From positions 25,536 through 89,535 of the forward strand of contig CAJLLT010000002.1 in the NCBI GenBank assembly GCA_905207625.1: 64,000 nt of DNA, given 5' to 3'. The notes under the pieces were generated by a model. The model did not search any database. It was not told the origin of the DNA and was given only the letters and a program-made list of their open reading frames with translations. Origin of the DNA: an uncultured Eubacteriales bacterium. Lineage in GTDB: Bacteria > Bacillota > Clostridia > Oscillospirales > UBA644. The position numbers and the translations under genes are program-made. Of this stretch, positions 6,866-17,224 are shown in pieces. Within the stretch, counting starts at the first letter, position 1; every line of letters starts with the position of its first letter.

Positions 6866-7936
6866 TCATTCAACATCCTGTCTCAGTTTTTCCGCCTGAT
6901 CGGAAGTGACAAGGGCATCTATCATCTCATCCAGGTCTCCGTTCATAAAAGCCTCAAGCTTATACAGAGTCAGACCTATTCGGTGGTCCGTAACCCTGCC
7001 CTGAGGGAAATTATAGGTACGGATACGTTCGCTGCGGTCCCCGGTTCCTACCTGGGTCCTGCGTTCTGCGGCAATTTTTGCGTTACGTTCGTTTTCCATA
7101 CTCTCAAAGATCTTGCTCCGGAGTATTTTCATCGCCTTTTCTTTGTTTTTGTACTGGCTTCGCTCGTCCTGACAGTCAACCACGGTTCCCGTTGGAACGT
7201 GAATTATCCTGATAGCGGATTCCGTTTTATTGACGTGCTGCCCCCCAGCGCCGCCGGAACGGTGGGTCTCTATAATGAGATCCGCAGGATTTATCTCGAA
7301 CTCCACCTCATCGACCTCGGGCAGAACTGCCACCGTCACGGTGGAGGTGTGTATCCTTCCGGAAGCCTCGGTTTCGGGAACACGCTGGACCCGGTGAACT
7401 CCGCTCTCAAATTTCAGCCGGCTGTAAGCTCCGTCTCCGTCAATTGAAAAACTGATTTCCTTTATTCCGCCCAGTTCCGTCTCGTTAATGCTCAGTATCT
7501 CCGTTTTATACCCCTTGCGTTCGGCATACATGGAATACATTCTGTACAGCGAATGAGCGAACAGAGCGGCCTCGTCGCCGCCGGCGCCGCCCCGGATCTC
7601 GATTATAACACTGCGGTCGTCGTTGGGGTCCTTGGGCAGGAGAAGTATTTTCATTTCCTCTCCAAGTTTTTCCAGTTTTTCTTTGCCGATTTTGTATTCC
7701 TCGTCAACAATCTCACGGAAATCGGGCTCAAGTGTCCCGTCAAGAAGTTCACGGGCTTCCTCCACATCTGAGGAAACCTTCTTGTACTCACGGTATTTTT
7801 CTACAATTGGAGTAAGATTTTTGAACTCCCGCATATATTTCTTATATTCCTGCTGATCCGAAACTATCTCAGGTTCGGTCAGGCGCTGGCTTATCTGCTC
7901 ATATTTCTCTTCAATGCTCTTGAGTTTTTCCAACAT
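6866..7936 (-). CDS. prfA: peptide chain release factor 1
   Basis: Motifs: [17 protein letters not shown] (the RF1-type PxT region), [12 protein letters not shown] (GGQ), and [17 protein letters not shown] took the start at [12 protein letters not shown] because a GAGGTG SD precedes it. The track ORF extends to 8008. Confidence 0.95.
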   Translation of the reverse strand: MLEKLKSIEEKYEQISQRLTEPEIVSDQQEYKKYMREFKNLTPIVEKYREYKKVSSDVEEARELLDGTLEPDFREIVDEEYKIGKEKLEKLGEEMKILLLPKDPNDDRSVIIEIRGGAGGDEAALFAHSLYRMYSMYAERKGYKTEILSINETELGGIKEISFSIDGDGAYSRLKFESGVHRVQRVPETEASGRIHTSTVTVAVLPEVDEVEFEINPADLIIETHRSGGAGGQHVNKTESAIRIIHVPTGTVVDCQDERSQYKNKEKAMKILRSKIFESMENERNAKIAAERRTQVGTGDRSERIRTYNFPQGRVTDHRIGLTLYKLEAFMNGDLDEMIDALVTSDQAEKLRQDVE

Positions 7937-8037
7937 ATTCAACACCTCGCTTTTCTGATTATAACAGAACGAAAAGGGAATGTAAACATTTTTTTCCGTT
8001 TTGCCCAAAAGATTTCAACTGTTTTTCGTTTTTGGTC

Positions 8038-8066
8038 TTGACAAAAGTCTCCGGAAGGTGTATCAT
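8038..8066 (+). promoter_or_regulatory. sigma-A promoter of the FMN riboswitch-ribU unit
   Basis: TTGACA (8038-8043), a 17-nt spacer, then TATCAT (8061-8066) preceded by TG. Confidence 0.7.
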
Positions 8067-8075
8067 ATATACGAT

Positions 8076-8243
8076 AAAAAGCTCTTCGGGGTTGGGTGAG
8101 ATTCCCTATCGGCAGTGTAGTCTGCGAGCCGCATTGCGGCACGAACCGTTCAGGATATTCCGATACGGTACCGACGGTAAAGTCCGGATGAAAGAAGGCG
8201 GTCATACAGCTTCTTTGCCCCGTTGTTCGGGGCTTATTTTTTT
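8076..8243 (+). promoter_or_regulatory. FMN riboswitch (RFN element) with terminator
   Basis: CTTCGGGGTTGGGTGAGATTCCCTATCGGCAGT...AGTCTGCGAGC...CCGACGGTAAAGTCCGGATGAAAGAAGG matches the conserved RFN core. The terminator GCCCCGttgttCGGGGCTTATTTTTTT follows at 8217-8243. Confidence 0.9.
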
Positions 8244-8256
8244 GGAGTAATGTTCA

Positions 8257-8853
8257 ATGAAAAAAACAAACACAAAAGTCCGCCGTATTGCGTTTACCGC
8301 TCTTCTGGGAGCGGTGGCAACGGTTCTTATGGCCATTTCTTTCAGTGTTCCCTTTATGCCGTCTTTTATCAAATTTGACCTTTCCGAGCTTCCGGCACTG
8401 CTGGCGGCATTTGCCTTCGGGCCCGTGAGCGGAGTAGCGGTCTGTCTGATAAAGAATCTGATAAACCTGATGTTCACCACCACGGCAGGAATAGGTGAAC
8501 TCTGTAATTTTCTCCTCGGCTGTTGCCTTGTGCTTCCCTCGGGAATAATCTATAAATTCCGTCATAACAGGTTATCCGCCTTCGTCTCATCCTCCGCCGG
8601 AGCCCTTGTTATGGCACTTGCAAGCATTCCGATAAACTATTTCATCACCTACCCTTTTTATTTCCGGACGGTTGCGCCGGAAAGCGTGATCCTCGGCGCA
8701 TACCGGGCTATCTTCCCGGAAACGGAAAGCATTTTGCAGGCACTTGTGATGTTCAATGCGCCATATACGTTTGTTAAAGGCATGATCAGCGTTTTCATAT
8801 GCTTTATCATATACAAAAAGCTGTCACCGATTCTCAAAGGTGACAGCAAGTAA
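8257..8853 (+). CDS. ribU: ECF transporter S component, riboflavin (RibU-type)
   Basis: 198-aa polytopic membrane protein lying directly behind the FMN riboswitch. The sequence (FIKFDLSELPALLAAFAFGP...) is typical of RibU-like S components. Confidence 0.8.
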   Translation: MKKTNTKVRRIAFTALLGAVATVLMAISFSVPFMPSFIKFDLSELPALLAAFAFGPVSGVAVCLIKNLINLMFTTTAGIGELCNFLLGCCLVLPSGIIYKFRHNRLSAFVSSSAGALVMALASIPINYFITYPFYFRTVAPESVILGAYRAIFPETESILQALVMFNAPYTFVKGMISVFICFIIYKKLSPILKGDSK

Positions 8854-8857
8854 TCAT

Positions 8858-9526
8858 TCATTTAATCTGCCAGTCTATCGGCTCCTGCCCTGTACTTACA
8901 AGGAACTGATTCGTCCGTGAGAAATGGCGGCAGCCGAAAAATCCGTTGTAAGCAGACAGGGGACTGGGATGCGCCGCAGTAAGTACAAGATGCGCGGGGT
9001 TTGTTATCAGTTCTCTTTTCGCCTTTGCGTTTCCGCCCCAGAGAAGAAAAACTATGGGCTTTGATCTCTGATTCAGTAAGGATATGACCCTGTCAGTAAA
9101 GATCTCCCAACCCATGCCGCGGTGGCTGTTTGCCTGCCCCTCCCTAACCGTAAGAACAGTGTTCAGCAGAAGCACCCCCTGTTTTGTCCAGTCGGTGAGG
9201 TTCCCGTGGTTCGGGATAACGAATCCCACGTCATCGTGAAGTTCCTTATAAATATTCACCAGTGACGGAGGCACGGCAACACCTTTCTGAACAGAAAAAC
9301 AGAGACCGTGAGCCTGTCCCGCACCGTGATAAGGGTCCTGCCCGAGAATAACGGCTTTAACATCAGCGTACGCCGTACTTTTCAGGGCATTGAAAATATT
9401 GTACATATCAGGATATATCCGGCGTGTGGAATACTCATTTTTCAAAAACTGACGAAGTTTCAGATAATACTCCTTTTCAAACTCACCCTTGAGAAGTTCA
9501 TCCCAATCATTACCCAGACAGACCAT
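8858..9526 (-). CDS. ung: uracil-DNA glycosylase
   Basis: Motifs [18 protein letters not shown] and HPSPLSA. I chose the ATG at 9526 (MVCLGNDW...) because AAAGGTGG lies 5 nt upstream of it. The track start at 9535 is a GTG inside that SD. Confidence 0.93.
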   Translation of the reverse strand: MVCLGNDWDELLKGEFEKEYYLKLRQFLKNEYSTRRIYPDMYNIFNALKSTAYADVKAVILGQDPYHGAGQAHGLCFSVQKGVAVPPSLVNIYKELHDDVGFVIPNHGNLTDWTKQGVLLLNTVLTVREGQANSHRGMGWEIFTDRVISLLNQRSKPIVFLLWGGNAKAKRELITNPAHLVLTAAHPSPLSAYNGFFGCRHFSRTNQFLVSTGQEPIDWQIK

Positions 9527-9555
9527 AAAAACCACCTTTCACAGGAGAAAAAAAT

Positions 9556-10026
9556 ATGGAGATCGAAAGAAAATTCATTCTTGACAGGATGCCGCCGCTG
9601 CCCGTAACGGAACGCTCCGAAATGTATCAGGGATATATCAGCACCAACCCCACCGTCCGGATACGGAGCAAACAGGTGAACGGGAAAACCGGTTACAGAC
9701 TATGTTTCAAAGGCGAGGGAACGCTTTGCCGGGAAGAGATCGAGATCGATATACCGAAGGATAAATTCGATGCTCTTGCCTCACTTATAGGCAAACCGCT
9801 CATATACAAAATACAGACAAAACTCGACCTGGGAAACGGACTTACGGTTGAATATAATGAGGTGGAGAAGGACAGGGAAACGGGTTTTTGTTATGCCGAA
9901 GTGGAATTTGCCACGGAGAAGCAGGCCCTTGCCTTCGATCCTCCGGATTTTCTGGGCAGAGAAGTCACCGGCATCGACGGTTTCTCCATGGGCGACTACT
10001 GGCGCAGAACCAGAGAAAACAAATAG
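9556..10026 (+). CDS. CYTH domain protein (triphosphatase/CyaB-like)
   Basis: The N-terminal MEIERKFIL is the CYTH ExExK signature. 156 aa, with an AGGAG SD. Confidence 0.8.
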   Translation: MEIERKFILDRMPPLPVTERSEMYQGYISTNPTVRIRSKQVNGKTGYRLCFKGEGTLCREEIEIDIPKDKFDALASLIGKPLIYKIQTKLDLGNGLTVEYNEVEKDRETGFCYAEVEFATEKQALAFDPPDFLGREVTGIDGFSMGDYWRRTRENK

Positions 10027-10091
10027 CGCGGAAACACCGGGAAGACTTCGGTCTTCCCTTTTGTTTTCCCGGGCAGAACTGCCCGGAAGCA

Positions 10092-11480
10092 TCAGCGGGA
10101 GCCGAATATCCGGCCTTCCTTTTCCCGGAACTTTTCTATCTGCCTGAGTACCGCCTGCTGAGCGGGGCCTCCGTCTGTTTTACGGGAATTGAGGCAATTT
10201 TCAAGTTTCAGAGCCTCATACACATCCGCCTCAAAAAGGGGTGAAAGCGCCCGGAACTCCTCCAGTGTAAGACTTTCAAGGTCTTTTCCCTCACGTTCGC
10301 AATAGGCAACCGCCTTTCCCGTGACGTTATAGGCATCCCTGAAAGGCAGCCCGTGCCTTACCAGGTAATCGGCGCAGTCAGTGGCATTTATATACCCCTT
10401 GCCTGCGGCACGGCGCAACACATCTTTTTTCACCGTCAGAGTCTCGAACATGGGCGTGAACACATTCAGACAGGTATTGACCGTGTCAACGCAGTCGAAA
10501 ACAGCCTCTTTGTCCTCCTGCATATCCTTGTTGTATGCCAGGGGCAGAGCCTTCATAACCGTCAGAAGGGTTATAAGTGAGCCATAAACGCGCCCGGTTT
10601 TTCCTCGGCAAAGCTCCGCAATATCCGGGTTTTTCTTCTGTGGCATTATGGAGGAACCGGTGGAATATGCATCATCCAGGCTTACAAATCCGAATTCCGA
10701 ACTGCACCAGAGAATGATCTCTTCACAGAACCGGGACAGGTGCATCATTATCATGGAGCAGTCGGCACAGTACTCAATGAGGAAATCCCTGTCGGACACA
10801 GCGTCCATACTGTTTTCAGCTATTCCGGAAAAATTAAGCAGTTCCGCCGTGCGATTCCGGTTTATCGGATAGCCAGTGGTAGCCACGGCACAGGCACCCA
10901 GGGGCGAATAGTTCAGCCGCTTCCCGCATTCGGAAAGCCTTTCCGAATCCCTGAGAAACATCTGGGCGTACGCCATTATGTAATGGGCAAAACTTGTGGG
11001 CTGAGCCCGCTGTAAATGGGTGTAAGCAGGCATTACGCAATCCGTGGTTTTCTCCGCCCGGCAGACAAGTGCGTCCATAAGTTTTTTTAGACTGTCAAGG
11101 GTCATGGACACCGCCGCCCGCATATAAAGACGGATATCAACGGCAACCTGATCATTACGGCTCCGTGCGGTATGAAGTTTTTTACCTGCATCTCCTATAC
11201 GTTGGGTAAGGATAGTTTCCACATTCATGTGAATGTCTTCGTTCTCCGGGGAAAAGTCAAGTTTGCCGCTCTCGAAATCACGGAGAATGCCCTTGAGCCC
11301 CTCATGTATTGCGTTTTTTTCCTCTTCGGTTATAATACCGCATTCAAAAAGCATCTGGGAATGGGCAATACTGCCCCGTATATCTTCACGGTAGAGGCGT
11401 TTATCGAACTCTATGGAAGAGTTGAAATCATTTACTGCCCCATCCACATCTTTTGAAAATCGTCCGTGCCAAAGTTTCAT
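10092..11480 (-). CDS. argH: argininosuccinate lyase
   Basis: 462 aa starting MKLWHGRFSK. It has the fumarate-lyase signature GSSIMPQKKNPD. Confidence 0.95.
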   Translation of the reverse strand: MKLWHGRFSKDVDGAVNDFNSSIEFDKRLYREDIRGSIAHSQMLFECGIITEEEKNAIHEGLKGILRDFESGKLDFSPENEDIHMNVETILTQRIGDAGKKLHTARSRNDQVAVDIRLYMRAAVSMTLDSLKKLMDALVCRAEKTTDCVMPAYTHLQRAQPTSFAHYIMAYAQMFLRDSERLSECGKRLNYSPLGACAVATTGYPINRNRTAELLNFSGIAENSMDAVSDRDFLIEYCADCSMIMMHLSRFCEEIILWCSSEFGFVSLDDAYSTGSSIMPQKKNPDIAELCRGKTGRVYGSLITLLTVMKALPLAYNKDMQEDKEAVFDCVDTVNTCLNVFTPMFETLTVKKDVLRRAAGKGYINATDCADYLVRHGLPFRDAYNVTGKAVAYCEREGKDLESLTLEEFRALSPLFEADVYEALKLENCLNSRKTDGGPAQQAVLRQIEKFREKEGRIFGSR

Positions 11481-12163
11481 TGTTTTTCTCCGCTCTGCCG
11501 CACCGATATCACGGAAGCGACGCCGTCACTGACGGTAAATTTAATCTCAAATCCACCGAAAAGGAGTCCGTAGACCCTCTCCGGATCATCTATGTATGCG
11601 GGACGTGGATCCTGACTCAGGACTTCAGTCAGTCCCGCTCTTTTTTCTTCGGGAAAATCCCTTATTATTTCCGGAGGAATACTGACATCAAGCCGATGAT
11701 CCCTAACCCCGTCGGAAAACCCTCCGAGGGCATCGGGATGGCAATCCGTGTACGGAATATAGGGTTTTATATCATATATCGGTGTGCCGTCCACCATATC
11801 CGCGCCGGAAACTATCAGACATATACCCTCCGGAGAATCCTCGGTCCGGATAAGCCGGACAGAGGAAAGTCCGATCTTGTTGGGGCGAAAGGGGGAACGG
11901 GTAGCGAATACACCCATACGGGTATTTCCGCCGAGCCTCGGGGGACGGACGGTGGGACTCCAGTTTTCCTTCTCCACCTCCGAAAAGCCCCACAAAAGCC
12001 ACAGATGACTGTAACCCTCTATTCCCCGCAAAGCGTCGGCATTCCTGTATTCCGGCTCAAAGATCACTTCAGAAAGAAGAGTATCCGTAATGCCGCTTTG
12101 GCGGGGAACACCGAATTTAGTGGGGAAATCCGTACGAATTCTTGCAACGACCTGCAATTCCAT
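11477..12163 (-). CDS. trmO: tRNA (t6A37-N6)-methyltransferase TrmO (YaeB/TsaA family)
   Basis: Motifs FGVPRQSG and ATRSPFRPNKIGLSSVRL. I took the start at MELQVVARIR (GGAGAA SD). Its stop overlaps the argH ATG (ATGA). Confidence 0.8.
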   Translation of the reverse strand: MELQVVARIRTDFPTKFGVPRQSGITDTLLSEVIFEPEYRNADALRGIEGYSHLWLLWGFSEVEKENWSPTVRPPRLGGNTRMGVFATRSPFRPNKIGLSSVRLIRTEDSPEGICLIVSGADMVDGTPIYDIKPYIPYTDCHPDALGGFSDGVRDHRLDVSIPPEIIRDFPEEKRAGLTEVLSQDPRPAYIDDPERVYGLLFGGFEIKFTVSDGVASVISVRQSGEKQ

Positions 12164-12219
12164 ATTTTCTCCGTATACACTGCGACACGGGTATTTTTTG
12201 CCCGTGCCGCAGATTCGCT

Positions 12220-13587
12220 TCAATTCTTAAGACTTTGTATAGGCGCAGGGATTCTTCCGCCTCTGGCAATGAATTTCGCGGGGGAATATCCGCTGATCTT
12301 CATTACCGGAGCCTCTCCCAAAAGCCCTCCGAAACTGACGCTGTCCCCTACGGTCTTGCCGTATGCGGGAATGACCCTTACCGCGGTGGTCTTTGTGTTT
12401 ACCACACCGATTGCCGCTTCATCGGCAATAAGAGCGGAGATCACATCCGCCTCCGTATCCCCGGGTATGGCTATCATATCCAGTCCCACGGAGCAGACTG
12501 CCGTCATAGCTTCGAGTTTCTCTATGCTGAGCGCGCCCTTTTGCGCCGCCGCTATCATTCCCGCATCCTCGGAAACGGGAATAAACGCGCCTGAAAGACC
12601 TCCGACCTGGCTCGACGCCATGACTCCGCCCTTTTTGACCGCGTCGTTGAGCAATGCCAGGGCAGCGGTAGTACCGCAGCCTCCGCAGCTCTCAAGTCCC
12701 ATCTGTTCAAGGATATGAGCCACAGAGTCCCCTATCGCCGGTGTGGGAGCGAGAGAAAGATCGACTATTCCGAAGGGGACCCCGAGGCGTCCGGACGCTT
12801 CGTTTGCCACAAGCTGTCCCACCCGGGTTATTTTAAATGCGGTGCGTTTTATTACGTCCGCCACTTCGCAAAGATCCCCGTCGCATTTTTCCAGCGCCGA
12901 TTTGACGACTCCGGGACCGGAGACCCCCACGTTTATCATGCATTCCCCCTCGCCGGTTCCATGGAAAGCACCCGCCATGAAGGGATTATCCTCGGGAACA
13001 TTCGCAAAGACCACCAGCTTGGCGCAGCCTATACTGTCCTCATCCTTTGTCCGGTACGCAAGATCTTTTATCACCTTACCCATCATCGCGACGGCATCCA
13101 TGTTTATGCCGGCCTTTGTGGAAGCGATATTTACCGAGGAGCAGACATTCCGGGTCGTTGCGAGAGCTTCGGGAATGGAGCGGATAAGAGCCTTGTCGCT
13201 TACGGAAAAGCCCTTCTGTACCAATGCAGAGAATCCGCCGAGGAAATTCACCCCGCAACTGTCCGCCGCCTTCTGCAGAGCCTGTGCAAAGGGGGTACAG
13301 TTAAAGTACTCGTTGTCCCCCGCAGCCGCCGCGGCGATGGCGGCGATAGGAGTTACGGAAATGCGTTTATTGATTATGGGAATGCCGTACTGCTTTTCAA
13401 TATCACAACCGGTACGTACAAGATTTTCCGCTTTGCGGCAGATCTTGTCATAGATCTTATCCGTGCATTTCTTCACATCGCTTTCGATGCAGCTGTAAAG
13501 GGAAATGCCCATAGTTATGGTTCTTATGTCCAGGTGCTCCCTGGATATCATGTTTATTGTTTCAAGTATGTCGTGATCGTTGAGCAT
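12220..13587 (-). CDS. UPF0210 (DUF711, PFL-like fold) family protein
   Basis: 455 aa. The N-terminal [24 protein letters not shown] is typical of UPF0210. It is paired with the ACT/UPF0237 gene upstream, as is usual for this family. Confidence 0.8.
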   Translation of the reverse strand: MLNDHDILETINMISREHLDIRTITMGISLYSCIESDVKKCTDKIYDKICRKAENLVRTGCDIEKQYGIPIINKRISVTPIAAIAAAAAGDNEYFNCTPFAQALQKAADSCGVNFLGGFSALVQKGFSVSDKALIRSIPEALATTRNVCSSVNIASTKAGINMDAVAMMGKVIKDLAYRTKDEDSIGCAKLVVFANVPEDNPFMAGAFHGTGEGECMINVGVSGPGVVKSALEKCDGDLCEVADVIKRTAFKITRVGQLVANEASGRLGVPFGIVDLSLAPTPAIGDSVAHILEQMGLESCGGCGTTAALALLNDAVKKGGVMASSQVGGLSGAFIPVSEDAGMIAAAQKGALSIEKLEAMTAVCSVGLDMIAIPGDTEADVISALIADEAAIGVVNTKTTAVRVIPAYGKTVGDSVSFGGLLGEAPVMKISGYSPAKFIARGGRIPAPIQSLKN

Positions 13588-13604
13588 ATTTTACCTTTCA
13601 GCCC

Positions 13605-13874
13605 TCAGACGGTGTGCATGGCGTTGAAAATATCTTCGTGCATAGTATGGATAACAAGCCCGTTTTCCTTGCCCATAGCGTCAAGAGTATCCACAAGATC
13701 TCCGAATCTGATTTTCATTCCGGATATGTCCACAAGCATTATCATTACAAAAAGTCCCTCGAGAACCTTTTGCGTGATATCCACAATGTTGACTCCGTTT
13801 TCAGCACAGAGCCCGCTGACCTTGGCTATAATACCGACGCAGTCTTTTCCCGTAACCGTAATAACCGCTTTCAT
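13605..13874 (-). CDS. ACT domain protein (UPF0237 family)
   Basis: MKAVITVTGKDCVGIIAKVSGLCAENGVNIVDITQ... 89 aa, starting from the ATG with a GGAGGAAAAAA SD. The track ORF extends to 13916. Confidence 0.8.
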   Translation of the reverse strand: MKAVITVTGKDCVGIIAKVSGLCAENGVNIVDITQKVLEGLFVMIMLVDISGMKIRFGDLVDTLDAMGKENGLVIHTMHEDIFNAMHTV

Positions 13875-13887
13875 TTTTTCCTCCGGA

Positions 13888-15126
13888 TCATTTATTGTTT
13901 TTTCTTTTCTGTTCAAGAGACGCCTTGACCTTAAGGGGAAGACCGAAGAGATTTATAAAGCCTTCAGCATCGGACTGATCATAAACATCGTCCTTATCAA
14001 AAGTCGCCACATCCTCATCGTACAGGGAGAACGGAGAGGTAACTCCGGCAGGAATGATATTTCCCTTGTAAAGCTTAAGCTTCACCGTACCGGTCACAGT
14101 CTGCTGAGTGCTGTCCACGAAGGCGGAAAGAGCTTCCCGCAAAGGTGTATACCACTGCCCGAAATACACGATGTCCGCAAATTTAAGGGCGACCTGCTGC
14201 TTGTAATGAAGCGTTTCCCGGTCCAGACAAAGGGTCTCCAGAACCTCGTGTGCGGCATAAAGTATCGTTCCTCCGGGAGTTTCGTAAACACCGCGGCTCT
14301 TCATACCCACAAGACGGTTTTCCACCAGATCCACAAGGCCTATCCCGTTCTCACCGCCCAATTTGTTGAGCTTTGCGATTATCTGTGCGCCCTTCATTTT
14401 TTCACCGTCCACAGCCACCGGGACGCCTTTTTCAAAATCTATGGTAACGTAAACCGACTTGTTGGGTGCTTTCTGGGGGCTCACTCCGAGTTCGAGTATC
14501 TTATCGTAGTCGGGTTCGTTGGCCGGATCCTCCAGGTCAAGACCCTCGTGGGAAAGGTGCCAGAGGTTCTTGTCCTTGGAATAGTTAGTCTGACGGGAAA
14601 TGTTAAGTGGAATATTATGAGCCTCGGCATAGTCGATCTCCTCGTCACGGCTCTTTATATCCCATATCCTCCAGGGGGCTATTATCTTCATATCCGGAGC
14701 GAAAGCTTTTATGGCAAGCTCAAACCGGACCTGATCATTACCCTTTCCGGTACAGCCGTGGGCTATCGCGTCGGCACCCTCGGCTTTTGCGATCTCCACA
14801 ATGCGCTTTGCGATTATCGGACGGGCAAAGGATGTTCCCAGAAGATATTTGCCCTCATATACCGCACCCGCTTTCATTGTCGGGAATATGTAATCATCCA
14901 CAAATTCTTCGGTAAGATCTTCAATGTAAAGTTTGGAAGCCCCGGTATTCTTCGCCTTCTGCTCAAGTCCGGAAAGCTCTTTTCCCTGTCCCACATCCGC
15001 GGCAACGGCAATAACTTCGCAGTTATTGAAGTTCTCCTTCAGCCACGGAATTATTATAGATGTGTCAAGTCCTCCGGAATAGGCAAGAACTACTTTCTTT
15101 ATGCTCTTATCGCCCAGTTTAACCAT
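13888..15126 (-). CDS. argG: argininosuccinate synthase
   Basis: [14 protein letters not shown] (N-type ATP-PPase motif) and [16 protein letters not shown] took the start at [11 protein letters not shown]. The track ORF extends to 15159. Confidence 0.95.
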   Translation of the reverse strand: MVKLGDKSIKKVVLAYSGGLDTSIIIPWLKENFNNCEVIAVAADVGQGKELSGLEQKAKNTGASKLYIEDLTEEFVDDYIFPTMKAGAVYEGKYLLGTSFARPIIAKRIVEIAKAEGADAIAHGCTGKGNDQVRFELAIKAFAPDMKIIAPWRIWDIKSRDEEIDYAEAHNIPLNISRQTNYSKDKNLWHLSHEGLDLEDPANEPDYDKILELGVSPQKAPNKSVYVTIDFEKGVPVAVDGEKMKGAQIIAKLNKLGGENGIGLVDLVENRLVGMKSRGVYETPGGTILYAAHEVLETLCLDRETLHYKQQVALKFADIVYFGQWYTPLREALSAFVDSTQQTVTGTVKLKLYKGNIIPAGVTSPFSLYDEDVATFDKDDVYDQSDAEGFINLFGLPLKVKASLEQKRKNNK

Positions 15127-15154
15127 AATAATATACATCCTCTCTCTGCATTTT

Positions 15155-15208
15155 TGCATAATATTCGATTTTGTGGGTTAATTATACAGCTATTTGAATA
15201 AAAATTCA
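15155..15208. promoter_or_regulatory. two ARG boxes (ArgR/AhrC operators) overlapping the argG promoter
   Basis: Box 1 is TGAATAAAAATTCA (15195-15208), a perfect match to the TGAATwwwwATTCA core. It overlaps a minus-strand TTGAAT-17-TATAAT promoter. Box 2 is TGCATAATATTCGA (15155-15168), matching 12 of 14 positions, and lies downstream of the -10. Confidence 0.7.
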
Positions 15209-15286
15209 ATTCGCTTATAGCACAAACATTGTTCAATGTCCCACGGACATTTTTGTCGGAATGCACAATACGACAGTCCCTGGGCC

Positions 15287-16612
15287 TCAGTCCGGCAGAG
15301 ATGCGGAGACAAGAGACTGCATCTGCTCAACGGCTTCAATAGGCGTACTGTAGCCTTTTACGACCTTTTCAAGCATCATATCCAGAGAATCCTGGGCATC
15401 GGCAACCACAACACTTCTGTCCGTTCCGGCAGAGGAGATCATTTTTGCATAAAGTTCCAGATCCTCCGTATGGAAAAACAGAGATCTTCCCGCGGAGGCC
15501 TTCCAGGAATCGGCAGATCTTCCGGGCAGAGGCTCAAACAAAGCGTCTATGACCTTTCCGAGGGAAGGGTCGGCAAACTTTGTTATTGCCATTACATTGC
15601 TTCCGTAGCGATAATATGCCGTACCGTCTTCCGGAGCGGTATATCCGGAGGGGAAAGCGCACCAGCGCAGATCCTGCCCGAGGGTATTCAGAACGGAATC
15701 GTCGGAGTTGTCTGTACCGGCGGAGCTGTCGGCGGCATAAAAAAGAGTAAGACCCTGTTTAAAAGCTTCGGCAGGGGTCAGATCTCCCTCGTAAGAGACC
15801 TTTTCCTCCCCCACAAGTTTCCGGACCCATTCCAGTGCCCTGACTGTTCCGGAAGTATCGTAGCCGCAGACAAATCTGCCGTTCTCGTAAAGGACTTTGG
15901 AACTGCCGTTGGCATATATGGCGGAATGAATGAATTCAGGATCAGAGGCAGAGGGGGCGGTAAAACCGAAAACCCCGTCGTGAGTCACCTTCCGGCAAAG
16001 ATCAGTGAAAGCCTCAAAATCCCATTTTCCGGAAGAACTGAGCTCGGAGGGGGATATCAGTCCGTGGGAACGGATAATCGCTTCATTGTAGTAGAGGATT
16101 CCCGAGATCCGGGGCAAAGGATCAGCCCAGAAAGCGTTGGTGAAGCCGTAGGTCTTTCCGTCCTGCAACGTAAGAAGCTGCCTGAGTCCCGCCGCACCCC
16201 ACTTGTCGGCATCGGGGTCAATGTCCTCCATATCCTGCATAGAACGCAGAAGTCCGCCCTGCCACAGGCTGTAAACGGAAGAAGTGTCCGTATATACAAT
16301 ATCCGCATAACGTACCGTGCCGGCGGCAGAAGTCTGCATATAATCAAGTATCGCCGAAGGGGAAGCAACGGTTACTTCTACCTTGCACCCGTACTTTTCC
16401 TCAATCTCCGAGAATCTCGACAGGATCTTATCACCCAGAAGCGACTGTCCGGCGTCAAGACCGCCGGAAACCGAGGATGACTGGCGTATCTTCAGTTTTC
16501 CGTCGTTAACGGTTTCATCGGTTGCGGGCTTTCCCGTACAGGAGGACAGGATCAGGACTGCCGAAAAAGCGGCAAGGCATACTTTCAAAACGGACTGCAT
16601 TTTTCTTTTCAT
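15287..16612 (-). CDS. ABC transporter extracellular solute-binding lipoprotein (family 1, sugar-type), orphan
   Basis: MKRKMQSVLKVCLAAFSAVLILSSC is a lipobox signal. About 440 aa, with SBP-like composition. No permease or ATPase gene is adjacent. Confidence 0.65.
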   Translation of the reverse strand: MKRKMQSVLKVCLAAFSAVLILSSCTGKPATDETVNDGKLKIRQSSSVSGGLDAGQSLLGDKILSRFSEIEEKYGCKVEVTVASPSAILDYMQTSAAGTVRYADIVYTDTSSVYSLWQGGLLRSMQDMEDIDPDADKWGAAGLRQLLTLQDGKTYGFTNAFWADPLPRISGILYYNEAIIRSHGLISPSELSSSGKWDFEAFTDLCRKVTHDGVFGFTAPSASDPEFIHSAIYANGSSKVLYENGRFVCGYDTSGTVRALEWVRKLVGEEKVSYEGDLTPAEAFKQGLTLFYAADSSAGTDNSDDSVLNTLGQDLRWCAFPSGYTAPEDGTAYYRYGSNVMAITKFADPSLGKVIDALFEPLPGRSADSWKASAGRSLFFHTEDLELYAKMISSAGTDRSVVVADAQDSLDMMLEKVVKGYSTPIEAVEQMQSLVSASLPD

Positions 16613-16786
16613 GGGTACATTTTCCTTTCGCGAACAGTTCATGACTCATCAATCTTTACGGTCTAATATTACCATATAACAACTCCGATATCAATAGTCC
16701 GGGCTGTTTTTATGAAAAAATGTAAGAAAATCGGCGGAATACACGGAAAAAATTTTGAAATTATAATGAACAATGGAAAATCCGTG

Positions 16787-16816
16787 TTGACAACCCCTCA
16801 AAAGCTGTGTTATAAT
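16787..16816 (+). promoter_or_regulatory. sigma-A promoter of rplU-rpmA (followed by an ~80-nt leader, possibly an L21-type leader)
   Basis: TTGACA (16787-16792), an 18-nt spacer, then TGtTATAAT (-10 at 16811-16816). Confidence 0.65.
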
Positions 16817-16897
16817 AAGGAGCCGCATGGAAAAGGCTTCGGAAAAATCGAAAGATTTGCCTCGACAGCGAGACTTAATGAATGAGGGACAAACCCA

Positions 16898-17209
16898 ATG
16901 TACGCAGTATTTGTTACGGGCGGAAAACAGTATAAAGCCTCCGAAGGCGACGTACTGTTCATCGAAAAGCTCGACAGCGAAGCGGGACAGACCGTCAAGT
17001 TTGATCAGGTTCTTCTCGTCAGCAACGACGGAAACGTCACAGTCGGCGATCCTTTTGTCAAGGGCGCTTATGTTGAAGCTAAACTCGACAAGAACGGCAA
17101 AGGCAAAAAGGTTCGCATTTTCAAGTATAAGGCAAAGAAAGGCTACCGCAGACGCCTGGGCCACAGACAGCCTTATTCCAAGATCACCGTTACTTCGGTG
17201 AAAGCATAA
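16898..17209 (+). CDS. rplU: 50S ribosomal protein L21
   Basis: MYAVFVTGGKQYKASEGDVLFIEKL... Confidence 0.97.
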   Translation: MYAVFVTGGKQYKASEGDVLFIEKLDSEAGQTVKFDQVLLVSNDGNVTVGDPFVKGAYVEAKLDKNGKGKKVRIFKYKAKKGYRRRLGHRQPYSKITVTSVKA

Positions 17210-17224
17210 CGGAGGTGTAGAGAG

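Noticed and set aside
6866-8008. A programmed +1 frameshift of the kind seen in release-factor genes.
   Set aside because: The protein is RF1 (PxT-type tripeptide region), not RF2, and the frame is uninterrupted. The N-terminal extension in the track ORF is an artefact of the first in-frame ATG.
12715-15201. An 828-aa plus-strand ORF spanning the antisense of UPF0210, the ACT gene and argG.
   Set aside because: It lies exactly antisense to three genes with unmistakable family motifs. It has low-complexity, Arg/Ser/Gly/Phe-rich composition and no SD. Long stop-free antisense frames are expected from the codon bias of the sense genes, so this is a shadow ORF.
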